Shown in pieces: positions 14,620 to 26,736 of a stretch of 64,000 bases of DNA. The notes under the pieces were generated by a model that worked only from the letters and a program-made list of their open reading frames with translations, did no database searches and had not been told where the DNA came from. The first letter of the stretch is position 1; every line of letters begins with the position of its first letter. Both the position numbers and the translations under genes were made by a program. This DNA is from the human T2T-CHM13v2.0 reference genome, Homo sapiens, in assembly GCF_009914755.1 (NCBI RefSeq), contig NC_060945.1; one strand, written 5' to 3'.

Positions 14620-16000
14620 TCAATCAACAGCATATTCACTTTCATAAATGCTGGTAGACTAATAATAGGTATTTCAAATTTCACATGTCCAAAACTGATT
14701 TCCGTTTTTTTCCCAACCATAATATTATCCTCCTGCAGACTTTCCCATTTCAATCATCAACATCTCTATCCTCTCTGTTTCTCAGGTTCTACCTTCAACA
14801 TAGATATTTATGGAACCAGTTCCTTCTCACCACCTGCACTGTTGTTACCATTGTGATCCAAGTCTCCATCACCTCTCACTTAGATTATTTCCATAGCTTC
14901 TTGGCTGGCCTTTACTTCCATCCTGTGCCATCTACTTTTGGCATAGCCACCCAGTGTGATCCTCAAAAAACCTAATTCAGATCATGGCTTTCCTCTCTTC
15001 TAAGCCTCCATTGGCTGCCTTACAATGGCCTTCAATGCCATAGATGATTTACTCTTGAGCTAGATGACTAAGTAACATTATCAAATATCCATCAAGCAAA
15101 GTTAAGATGAGAGAAATGAAAAGAGGCAGGATACTCTGTAACTCAACTGCTCTCAATATAATTAGATTTTGACTGAAATACAATGAGAAAATTGTATTCT
15201 GTTAACTTGGATTTCCTTTTTCTTCTGCTCAGCCTACCTCTTACTACTCCTCCCTTTGCTCATTCTTCTAGAAACACTGGCTTGTGAACCACTTCTTAAC
15301 CATGCCAGTTTTGCTTCCAACCCAGGCTTTTGAACTTGCTGTTTTCTTTTGCCTGGAACCATTCTTCCCATAATTATTTCCATGGCTCATTTCCTCGTTT
15401 CTTTCAGGACTGGACTCAAATGTCACCTGCTTAGAGAAGACTTATTTGACTTACTACTTAAGTTTTCCCATTTTCTAGCATTCCTTATCTTCTTTTCCTG
15501 CTTTATTTTTTTCTATAGCACTTACAACCATCTAGTGGATTTTAATACACATCTCCCCTAGCCCATGACAGAAAGAAAACTACAGGAAGACAGGTATGTT
15601 TGTGAATTTTGTTTACTACTATACCTCCAGAACCTAGAACAATGCCTAACACGTAAGAGACACTCAATGAGGCTGGGTGCAGTGGCTCACACCTGTAATC
15701 CTTGCACTTTGAGAGGCTGAGGTGGGTGGATCACAAGGTCAAGAGATCGAGACCATCCTGGTCAACATGGTGAAACCCCGTCTCTACTAAAAATACAAAA
15801 ATTAGCTGGGCGTGGTGGCACGCACCTGTAGTCTCAGCTACTCAGGAGGCTGAGGCAGGAGAATCGCTTGAACCTGGGAGTCTGAGGTTGCAGTGAGGCG
15901 AGTCATGCCACTGTGCTCCAGCCTGGTGACAGAGCGAGACTTCGTCTCCAAAAAACAAAAAAGGATACTCAGTGAGTACTTGTTAGATGAATGCATGAAT
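14620..16000 (+). mobile_element. L2a 3' region, interrupted by a ~170-bp local duplication (15051-15225) and AluSc
   Basis: CCTAGAACAATGCCTAACACGTAAGAGACACTCAAT...TTGTTAGATGAATGCATGAAT is the L2a terminus. Confidence 0.75.
15671..15962 (+). mobile_element. AluSc SINE
   Basis: GGTCAAGAGATCGAGACCATCCTGG is Sc-type; TSD GACACTCAATGA / GATACTCAGTGA. Confidence 0.92.
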
Positions 16001-16473
16001 GTCAGGAAAGCCTAATCACCATTACTCATTCTATTGCTATATATAAGGCAATGATAATTTATTTGGCTCATCCAGAAAGCTTCAGCAAGACTGATAACAA
16101 CCCCCAGGGAAGAACTCATGAACTCCATACTGCCCAACAAAATCTTTCTTGGCTTCTCCTTCTTTTTTGTCACTCCTCCTCTTTTGCTTTTCTCCACCCT
16201 ATGCTACCTCCTAATAAAATTCCTTGCTTGAATTCTGTCCAATGCAAGGCTCACAAAAATAAGTTAAACAGATCTTTCCAGACAACTAGTGTTTTCTACT
16301 ATCCTGGAATTTCACTCCAATACAGTACATTTCTATCACACTACCTTTTAATGAAATCTTTACCCTGAATACTCAAAAAGTCATCTTCTGTATGAGCATG
16401 TCTGCTTTTAGTAGACATAAATGGCTAGCCTCTGTGACTGTTTTCTTTTTAACAATAAAAGAAGAAACAAACA

Positions 16474-16532
16474 CAATGGACAATTATTAAACAATGGACA
16501 ATTGATCACAATTAAACAATGGACAATTGATT
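16474..16532. repeat. Three local copies of ACAATGGACAATT
   Basis: Directly visible imperfect tandem array. Confidence 0.85.
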
Positions 16533-17083
16533 AGAAAAAGCTCGCTTGCTAACTGAGTAATTCTTTGACACACAGTTTTCATCTCATTTTATTATGTTAA
16601 AAAATAGAATAACAATAATACAGTAAAACCCTGTTTTGAGGCACCATTATAGTGTAATTATGGATTTAGTTATACGGCCCACCACCTCATATCCCTGATG
16701 TATCATATAGCTCAGCATATTACACAATTCATCAAGGGTAAAAATTATTTTTCCCAATCTAGGCTTAATTATATATCGAGTGTGCTGCTGAAAAGTTTCC
16801 CCTACCATTATCTCTTCTCAGCATAAGGGGGACAGTGTCTGTACATTGAGAAGTTATTGGTATTGCTATTATTTTTAGCAACCTATCATCATGCACCCTC
16901 GGGGGTGAAAACATAAGTTAACAGAGATGATAAGGGACCCTTACACATACAGAAGAAGCAGAGTGTCTGGAGCTACATACACTCAAGAGCTACGAATTAC
17001 TTCAAGAGAATCCAATATGTACTAAGCAAAATTTAAAATTGAACTGCTCACTGCAGTTTCAACAGTTGTAAAGTAATGTCCCC

Positions 17084-17459
17084 TGTATTCGTCCATTTTC
17101 ATGCTGCTGATAAAGATATACCTGAGACTAGGCAACTTACAAAAGAAAAAGGTTTAATTGGACTTACAGTTCCACGTGACTGGGGAAGCCTCACAATCAT
17201 GGTGGAAGGCAAGGAGGATCAAGTCACATCTTACGTGGATGGCAGCAAGCAAAAAAGAGAGAGAGCTTGTGCAAGGAAACTCCCATTTTTAAAAACCATC
17301 AGATTTTGTGAGACTCATTCACTATCAGGAGAACAGTGCAGGAAAGACCCGCCCCCATAAGTCAATCACCTCCCACCGGGTTCCTTCCAGGACATGTGGG
17401 AATTGTGGGGGTTACAAGTCAAGACGAAATTTTGGTGGGAACACAACCAAAGCATATCA
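17084..17459 (-). mobile_element. THE1C solo LTR
   Basis: CAAGTCACATCTTACGTGGATGGCAGCA is THE1C-type; TG..CA ends; TSD TCCCC/TCCTC. Confidence 0.9.
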
Positions 17460-17859
17460 TCCTCTAAAGAATAATAATGTCAGTAATAATAGCAAAAATA
17501 TATAGTAATGATAGCAAATAGTAATAGATGACATTAAATGAGCACTACTATGGCCACTGATCTAATTATTTTACCTGCAATAATTCATTACAGAAATAAT
17601 TCTTTGTAGGATCTGAATTTTAGGGGAATACATGTCATGAAATCTGAGGATTTTTTAAAGATTATCATGCTCCCATTAGGCAAGGGAACACTCATTGTTG
17701 TTCTTGTCTTTGCCTTCACCTAAGAAAATAATGAAGGGTGGTAAATAAGGATAAGAAGGAATTCATTTATTTATTTATTTTCCTGAAATACAAATGAAGG
17801 ATCGACAATAGAAGGAAGAAAAAAAAAGAAGTGAAGTGTAGATATTTCAAGGACATAGA

Positions 17860-18140
17860 TAACTAATGAGCTAATGAGCGTTGAATCACTACTATATGTC
17901 AGGCACCGTATTAAGCATTCTACAGGTATTTCATTCAATCATTATAATGCCAAGTGAGGTAGGGATCCATTATCCTCTTCACAGCGAAGAGAAAAAGAAG
18001 CAGTTAAATATCTTGACTAAGGTCATAGTGAAGAGAAAAAGAAGCAGTTAAATATCTTGACTAAGCTAATAATAAGTGGTGAAACCGAAACAATAATCTT
18101 GTCAGTCTGACTTAGCTCTCAGGCATATACTATGAGCATG
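17860..18140 (-). mobile_element. MIR SINE with an internal 44-bp-period tandem duplication
   Basis: ACTATATGTCAGGCACCGTATTAAGCATT and core-like GTTAAATATCTTGACTAAGGTCA; 36 identical bp at 17986-18021 and 18030-18065. Confidence 0.75.
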
Positions 18141-18729
18141 TTTAACCTTATTTAAAATATTTTTATTTTTTATGTGTTTCCCCATGATATTGAGCAGTAA
18201 AACCTTACAATAAAAAGAGACTAGGTGGTTTTCCTTCAGGGCAACTAGGAAGTAGGGAATAGGGGAAACAGCATTCCATTCCACAGTCTACTTTGTAGAG
18301 AGAGACCAGACAGCAGGCAACAGTAGAAAAGAAGAAAATAAAACAGGATGTTTTTAAAGACCTATTATAAGTGGATAAACAAAGGAAAAAGCAAGAAAAA
18401 AGGATAAAGTTTTCCTACTTTGGTTTTTTTATTTCTTTTGTTGAAATTCCAAAACTTATTCTATTTTGAGTATTATTTATTACTTGCCCTTGAAAACATT
18501 ACATAGATGATCTGTTGGAAGATTAAGACCATGAGTGTACAGTATATCCACATAAGATGAATTAAATCCGTTATTTGTAACCATGGAAGAAACTACATGT
18601 TTTTATTTTCTTTTTTTGTCACCAACTCAAAATGCAAATACACACACTCATAGACTTAAATTTAGTAAAGAGAAAACAATGATAAGAATGGATTGCAGCT
18701 CAAATATCTACACATTTCTCATGACCCTA

Positions 18730-18976
18730 AATAATTTGCGAGCACAAAATTATACTAGCACTTGGTTACATTTCAGGAAATATTAAAAAAATATTGATTA
18801 ACAGTGATTTATTAATATTTTAGAAGATTATTGAATGTGTTGTAGATCATAATAATTTGTGAGCACAAAAGTATACTATTACTTGGTTACACTTCAGGAA
18901 ATATTAAAAAATATTGATTAACAGTGATTTATTAATATTTTAGAACAGAAGATTATTGAAGATTTTGTTGTAGATT
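18730..18976. repeat. Tandem duplication, two copies of ~121-126 bp
   Basis: AATAATTTG(C/T)GAGCACAAAA...TTGTAGAT repeated head-to-tail at 18730 and 18851. Confidence 0.95.
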
Positions 18977-21900
18977 CTATTTATTTTCTATGAAATCCAA
19001 ATAAGATATATTTTCCATGAAAATACACTGTATTTGAATTTAAATCCTGGGACCATATTAATGCAGAAATTACAAGTGTGTCATTTAGCACATAATTTTC
19101 CCAAATGGAGACATTTTGCTGAATAACAAACTGCCAAATTGAAGGTACAGCATATGATAAAAGCAGTTTGAGTCAGATTTTCCCCCAATGAAATCAAACA
19201 ACAAATTGTGTTGATTTAATTGTGAACTTATACTTATGGATTATAACATGAAGGAATGAATTTTTCACTTTCCTGTTACACCATTGCCTTTATTTCCAAT
19301 CCAGAATTACAGAGGAGTTGTAAGGCAATTAAGGGTGTTACACAGGGCTTTTGGGTGCAGCACTGGAATTTTAAAACAGGTTTAATGGCAATTTTTGATA
19401 AGTAATATACTGTAATATACCTTTTAAACTCTACATGGACTTTAAAATCTTTTATGGAAAATTCTCAAGTTTCCATAATAAAAAAATGCTCTGCTTTCTT
19501 TGGGGAATATTTTTGGGAAAAATAACTTAGTTCAATTTTCATGGAAAAAATACCTAAATAGTAGTATTGCTGTTCAAATTGTGTCACATTTCTTTTTGTG
19601 GGTCTTTTGAAGTAAATCAACAGGTTTATGTAAACATTATGATTTGGCTTCTCCTAGATGTTAGAAAGAAGCAGTGTGTAAGTAGTGACGTACGTGGGCT
19701 TTACGTAAAGAAATTGTGCCATTTTTTCAAGCCAGATATAGCTTCTGTATCAACAAATGGAACACAAATCTTTAGTCTAGGACTTAGAGTTGGGGAAAAA
19801 GGGAAAAAACAACTATAACACTTAAATGAAGTCTTTGTATCTTAGGTTTGTTGACCAGAGTATTATATATATATCTAATGCTACTAAAATTATGATGTTA
19901 TCGAATATTCAAGTTAATTCAATAAGTGGTGGTTATCTGTAGTAATCATAGAGAAAGGAACTATTACTATGAGGGACCTGCGGGTACAGGACCCTAGTAG
20001 TAAGTTAGAGTAGAGGTAAGTATCTGAGCAGCCCATTCTGCTTTCCTGTGAAAAAGCAGGTATGCAACACATATTTGCTAAGCACACCAAGGTCTAAGAA
20101 TGATACACATTGAGAAGCTTGAACATTATTACATCTTGATAGCAGTTACGAAAATTGTTAAATGAAGGTTCTTATGGTGCACCTAGAAATCACTCTTTAA
20201 TCCAAGATGTGATTTTCATTTCCATTAAGCTTCCACCCACACATACTAATGTCTTCTTAACTTTCTGTATAATTCCTTGGCCTTTTCTTATAGTATCTTA
20301 GGTTATGTTAGTCTTTAATTTCTATCCGTTTACTTATAGGACATATTCAGCTGCCTGTTAGTCACACCACAAACCTTTGTGCAGACGCTTGGAATATATT
20401 CCTAATTGTTTTCACAGTTGATTATCGTGGAGTCAGCTATAAAAGAAAGAGCCACTCTAATTAGTGCAGCTGATTCCTATGTTGAGCTGCTAACATCGAT
20501 CTGTTTGAAAGTCTCTTTTTGTGCATTTACACACAAGTTCTTAAGCAATGATGACAGCAGTACCCTAAATATTAAAAAAGAAAGAAAAAAAGAAAAGAAA
20601 AAAGAAAAGAAAATAGCATGTAGAAAAGTCGGGTAGAGTTTATTCCATGGCATAGTCATTTTAAAGCAGGTAGTTTTTGAGAAGAAGGTGTTTTTTTTTG
20701 TTGTTGTTTGTTTGTTTTTGTTGTTGTTGTTATTGTTGATTTGTTTGCTTGTTTGGAGAAACCAGCAAAGTAGAACTCCAAAGTCCATCTTTTAGCAGTG
20801 TACCTCAGGGTTTTCAATTCAGACACAATGTATATGGGTTGACACTTTCCAGATCATTGAATGCAAACCATTAAAAAGAACTATATGTAGCCAGGAAATA
20901 AGAAAACATTTTATGGCTCTCTAGAAGACAGACTGGGTGTCTGCTTCTGCATGCCCTTTTCTTTTCTTTCCTTTTTTCTTTTTTTTTTCTTAATCTCTAG
21001 GATAATGCTGACACCATTGCTTAAAGTTCTGAATGTGACTGAGAATAATCATTTCACACAAAATATCCCCAACGGGTCTGTCAACTGGCAAACAGCTAGG
21101 AATATCTTTTGACATCTTGCTTTGCAGAACAGCAATAATCTCTCGCCACCTGTCAATTCCACATGTCTCATCCCCTGCCCCTGGTGATTCTTGGCAATCA
21201 GCAGCCAGTGCCTGTGTAATAGCACTTCTGCCTCCTTCTAGTGTAGTGCTTCAAGCTGTCCTGTTTCTCAGAGAGCAGACACATTGCCTAAAATGAAATC
21301 TTAGAGGTACTGTCCACACTCTGTCAGTAGATAAAGGAATCAGAACTACTCAGACGGAAAATAAGGTGCAAGGGGGTGTAATATGGATGTAATATGGACT
21401 TGCATACATGCTTCTTTGGCATATGTTTCCCTCTATAAAAAAAATTAAGTTGTGAAATATGTTAATGACATCATTGACGTAGATAAAAAGGAGCAAAGAA
21501 AACCAAGAAGTTTCAAATGATACATTTTGAATTTAGCAAAATGTGGTTTTACTAGGAAACATTAATCAAATGTAGATGAAAATCAAATTCATTCCATATT
21601 TCTCCCCAGGAAATAATGATTAATAAGTGAGTGAGCTTTGAATTCAAACAAACTTTGGTTAATGAGGAAAATACAAGCTTTTACTGTAGGCAATGGTCTT
21701 GACATATATTTTTTTCCTCATTTCTGGAACAACTCTTGCCTCATGATTCATTGATGGGATACCTATGAATGAATAGTTGCATAATGGTGAAGAGATTGTG
21801 TGTGTATTTTGAAGCCTTTCATTTTCTTCTGTCTTCCCTGATTAGTCATGTCCATTATCCAGCTAGCTCTAAAATTCACATCCTAATTGCTCATTAGTTT

Positions 21901-22536
21901 AGTTTAGTGAAAAATGATTTAAAAATTATTATTCCACCTTTAAAAAATCTAATAGCCATTATGGTCGAAGGATAAAACCACTAAGCATTATATTTAAGAA
22001 ACATAAAAATCATATTTAATATAGTGGGAAATACTTCAAACTAGAAACGGCGTAGATGAGAGATTTGTTTAAAACTTATATATACTATGAAAGTATAAAT
22101 GCAAAGCAGCAAAACTTGTTTAAAAGTCAGTATTATTATATTTGAATAAAAATTCTTTGATAATTACTAAGCAAATTTCATAAAATGGGTTTTTAGCAAT
22201 TTAAAAAAAGGAATGCAATTTGAAAATTCTCACTACATTTTAAATGTACACATTTATGGGCAAGCATTAATCATAAATATCAACAAGTTACAAAAAAAGC
22301 CGCACAATTTTATTGCATGAAAATTTGTTTTATGCACATATTTCTTATGATATATATTCAGAGCACAAATAAGCATAAGTATCTAGATGGCTTATTCATA
22401 AGCAAGTGATATGTATGTGTCACAACATACATTTTATAGTTGGTAATGTTTGCTGAGGTTTCTCAAATGGCATTGAAGTTAGTCAAGGTCAAACTTCAAA
22501 TCTAAACTTTAATCTTACATCCATTTCAAAGATTCT

Positions 22537-22686
22537 ACATGCACACACACACACACACATTCTAGATACCCACACACATACACACATAAACACACACACA
22601 CACACACACACACACATGCAGAAATGCACTTACAAATTCCAGCCTTAGCCACTACTTGGGTCAGCCTGCCTGGGCTGTTTGTGTGC

Positions 22687-22723
<37 letters not shown>

Positions 22724-22741
22724 GTGTGTGTGTTTGCATGT
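22537..22741. repeat. (CA)n tract followed by a (TG)n tract (inverted microsatellite pair)
   Basis: CA-rich 22541-22617, ~60-bp spacer, TG-rich 22680-22733. Confidence 0.95.
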
Positions 22742-23603
22742 TTTTTACTTTTTTTTTCCTCATTACTTTTCTATTTCTTACCCACTTAATGAGCTGCAGG
22801 AGAGGTGGGCTGGGAGGGAAAGGGGCACATCCTACCTCACTTGTACATTGACACTGGAGCAGTCAAATGTCACCGCTCTTGGGGGTCAGTTCCTCCAGCT
22901 GACTATCTCCTGTTGGTGCCTTCCAGGCTCCTTGGCAACCTCTCCACTGAGCATCGCCATCCCGCAGTTTTCTGAGGCATTCCCTCCGCAGCAAACATCC
23001 TGCCACTCAGCCTCTGCTCCATGTGCATATCAACATGCAGCCCCTGACTCGGACTTGCTTAGTCCTACCTGGTGGCCACCTTTAGTTGGGTTCATAGTGA
23101 AGGCTCTGCCTTTTCTTCTATGTACTCCCGAGCCTATATCCTGCCAGAATTGTAAGTTCTATTCAGACACCTCAATAGATTGGCACTGGTTTCTATTTCC
23201 TGGACCCCAGGGACCCACACTCAGTTCTTCAAAGCATCCTCTCACTGTGGTCCCCAAAGCATTCTCTGACATCATCCTTCTACCAGGGGTGGGTTAGGAA
23301 GTAGAAAGCATCCACTTCTTTCCACCTCCTGTTAGGCAGACAACTATCTTCACGGAAAACAGTACTTACAAATTCAGCAAATCTAGCAGATGATATTCTA
23401 GTACTTCTGTATAAAATATATGCATAAAATCTAGTTTTTGCCTGAGAGTGAAAATAATGGATAATATCCATTGTAACCACCCATTAGACAGAAAAATAGG
23501 TAGATATAGCAATCTACACATATAAATAGATAGATACATAGATATGTAGATATATAGATTATAGGTACCTATGCACAGATATATTCCAAACACTGTTGCC
23601 AAC

Positions 23604-24031
23604 TGATATGACTTGGATCTGTCCAAATCTCATGTCTAATTTTAGTCCCCATTGTTGGAGGTGGAGCCTGGTTGGAGGTGTTTGGATCATGGGGATGGAT
23701 TCTCATAAATGTTTTATCACCATCCCCTTCGTGGTGTCCTTGTGATAGTGAGTGAGTTCTTGTGAGATCTGGTTGTTTAGAAGTACGTGGCACCTCTCCC
23801 CCACCCCCACCCCCACTCTCTTTCTCTCTTGCCCCTGTTCTCTCCATGTAATATGCTTGCTCCCTATTTGCCTTCCATTGTGATTGGAAGCTTCCTGAGG
23901 CTTCCCCAGAAACAGAAGTCACTGTGCTTCCTATACAGCCTGCAGAACCATGAGCCAATTCAACCTCTTTTCTTTATAAATTACTTAGTCTCAGTCATGT
24001 ATTTATAGCAATGCAAGAACAGCCTAATACA
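23604..24031 (+). mobile_element. MSTB-like solo MaLR LTR
   Basis: TGATATG...CTAATACA ends; perfect 5-bp TSD CCAAC. Confidence 0.92.
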
Positions 24032-26519
24032 CCAACTAAAGATATGTATTGTCATTAATGACTTGAACATTCTCAACTATTCATGGCATTTAACAATGCT
24101 TCATTACAAAAAATGGATTTTTTACATTTTATGTGTTTTATTCATGATAAATGAAATGTGCTTTATTCATGATAAATTTATGTGCTTTATTCATGACAAA
24201 TGAAAACTTGTTCTTTTTGTTTGTTCTTTTTATCATGAATAAAGCACATAAAATGTACCTTTCATGTTACAGGCTAAAACGTTTACATTGCAGGCCCTTT
24301 TATTCCTCTCCTACCCTTAACCTCCCCAACCGTATACATCAATAAAGAAAAGAGAAAGAGAAATGAATTAGCAGTGAGCAGTAAGTGGAAAAGATACAAG
24401 TTTTTTTCATGGCCAAGTCTAAAGTCATTTTGAGTTAATTAAACACAAGCTACTACTAAGCCAATAGAGGACATATTAAGTCTTTAAAAATATTAATTGT
24501 GATTTTTCTACACTAGATTTCTGTTGCTTGATTTCTCATTCATGACTAAAATTGTTAGACCTGTTAAAATATAAAAACACTTGGGAAAAGAATCCCAAAA
24601 CAATTGCTCCTGGAAAGTTGCCATCTTCCCTGGAAGTTTCCAGTGAGCTGAGTTATTCTCATTGCAGCACGAAGGACACATAGACCCACAGTATCATTCC
24701 TTCTGTTTGTCTTTGCATTCTCATTTTCCAGGCTATTGCATACAGCAACTATTCAAACGTTTTTTGGATACCTTCATTAGCTATGGCTTCCAAACTTTTG
24801 GTTAAAATAGTAAGCTAAGCTGAGCAAGCAACATTTTGGCCTTTTCATTTTATTGGGCACACTGGTCATTTATTGCCCCTCCCCCACTCTATTCCCCTGG
24901 CACCAGCACCGAGCATTCCCTGGATGGGGATTTGGCTGTCTGGCTAGTGGCCACTTCACTGCATGCCACACATCTGTGCCCTTGGAATCTGAGGCCTTGT
25001 CTTCATTTTAGGGCACTAGAAATATTTCTGCCAAAACTCCAAAAGTTGTTTCTTTCTTTTCTATTCTTCTCTTTTTTTCCTCCTTTTTCTTTTCTCTTTT
25101 CCTTTTCTTTTTTTTAAATTTCTGAGAACAATATAAGCTACACATACATTTGATGGTCAACAGCTGACACTACTAGGAAACATATGTGTAAGAGCAGATT
25201 TCAAAGGCCTTAATGCATCTCCTAGCTCCATTTCTGACTCTATAATGTTGTAGAAGTCACTTAAATCTCTCATCCCCTGTTGATTTAACTACAAAATGAG
25301 ACCAGTTATAGAATTGTGTGAGAGGAGAAAATAGTTGATATAGATGGAAGAGCTTTGAACATTCTGCACTCTCACATATGCATTGTATTAGTATTACTAT
25401 TAGGTCAGATGGACCCTCATCTATGACTGACCAAGATGCTGGGTACACGAGCTAAAGGAATCCAATTCACTATCCCAGGGTTGCATCGCAGTGGATTTCA
25501 TACAGGCCAAGAAAAAACAAAAACGTTTTTAAGCCTCCATCCTCAGATCAAAACAATAAACAAAAAATTATGATATCCTTAACAATGTCCTGGGTTAATA
25601 TTTTATTCCATAAATCAAGTTTTCAGAACTCTTTACCCTCTAAGAGATACAGATTGAACATGCCTTTATAGGCTTTGAATTTCATAACTTCTAATCTATG
25701 CTCATAACCTGGAAAATGTCATCATACTGAATGCCCACATGAAAAGGTACTTTTAGGACCTGCCAGTGACAGTTTATACACACATCAGTCCCTTTTCAAA
25801 TGTCATTTCCATTAGTATCTTACATCAGAATCACAAGTGAAATGAATATGCTGTAACCTAGTATTTTAAAAGGTTATGTTGAAGGAGTAGAGAGGCTTAA
25901 ATTAATTTTCCCTTTTCTCATCCAGTAGGCCTTTACTCAATAGGATTTCCTACAATTCTATCTTAATCCATGTCTCTGTGGATGAACCAAACAGACCACA
26001 ACATAGAAGAGCCTGCCAAAGTGGCTTCCTGCCAGCAGCCCTCTCTCCTCTTTAAGATAGACTTCAGCTTAATGATTGTACAGTGATCCAAATCAATGAA
26101 GAAAGCAAAGAACAGACATGTATCTCATTATCTTCTGCAAAGATCTATTTGTTTAGCCATGTGCAAATATTGCCCTAAAATGGTAAGTTGGTTAGCACAT
26201 ATTAATCATTTACTAGATCTATTCAATTCCTAAAATTAATGTTAATTTAATATGCAGGGGGAGTTGCATGGCTGTTTTCGTTGCTGTAGACTTGATATAG
26301 GCAGAGAACAAGCAGAAAATTATTTAGAATACCCAGTGGAATCCATCAGTGGAATCCATCATTATATTTTTGAGACTATTAATTAGCCAAAGATTGTAAA
26401 AGTATTTTCTAGCAATACCAGTTAAATGAAGTAGAAAAGTTAAATGAAGGCTAAAAGCCCACACAATGCTATCGTGCTGTAAGTATTGTTCTCAATTATT
26501 GGAAGTACATATATTATAG

Positions 26520-26736
26520 AAGCTCAGTATGTATTTCCTAATGAACTGCTTCATGTAAATTATTTCATGCCATAATCTTATCCTTTCCTATACTTTGGCA
26601 ACTGTTGAGAGGCTGGAAAAGACTGTATTATTTATTCTGAGGCCAAAATATAATCATACTTGGGTAAAAGATACTAGATGTTCATCCACTGAACATTTAT
26701 TACAGCAAATTTTCATAATCCATAACACTTAGGATG
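26520..26736 (+). repeat. Copy 1 of a 217-bp dispersed direct duplication
   Basis: Matches 30260-30475 with about 13 differences by eye. Confidence 0.95.

Noticed and set aside
16474-16532. Short repeats with variable spacers (also 24123-24257), superficially CRISPR-like
   Set aside because: Primate DNA, only three units, spacers 0-12 bp, no cas genes; slippage or template-switch origin
16621-17080. Possible Tigger-like DNA transposon starting TACAGTAAAACC
   Set aside because: Could not identify a matching second terminal repeat; too weak to call
23060-23078. CTCF-like motif (minus strand TGGCCACCAGGTAGGACTA)
   Set aside because: Mismatches at strongly conserved positions in the 3' half of the core
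22656-23297. 213-aa ORF, the longest in the window
   Set aside because: Non-ATG start, begins in a (TG)n microsatellite (VCVCVC), no recognisable domain
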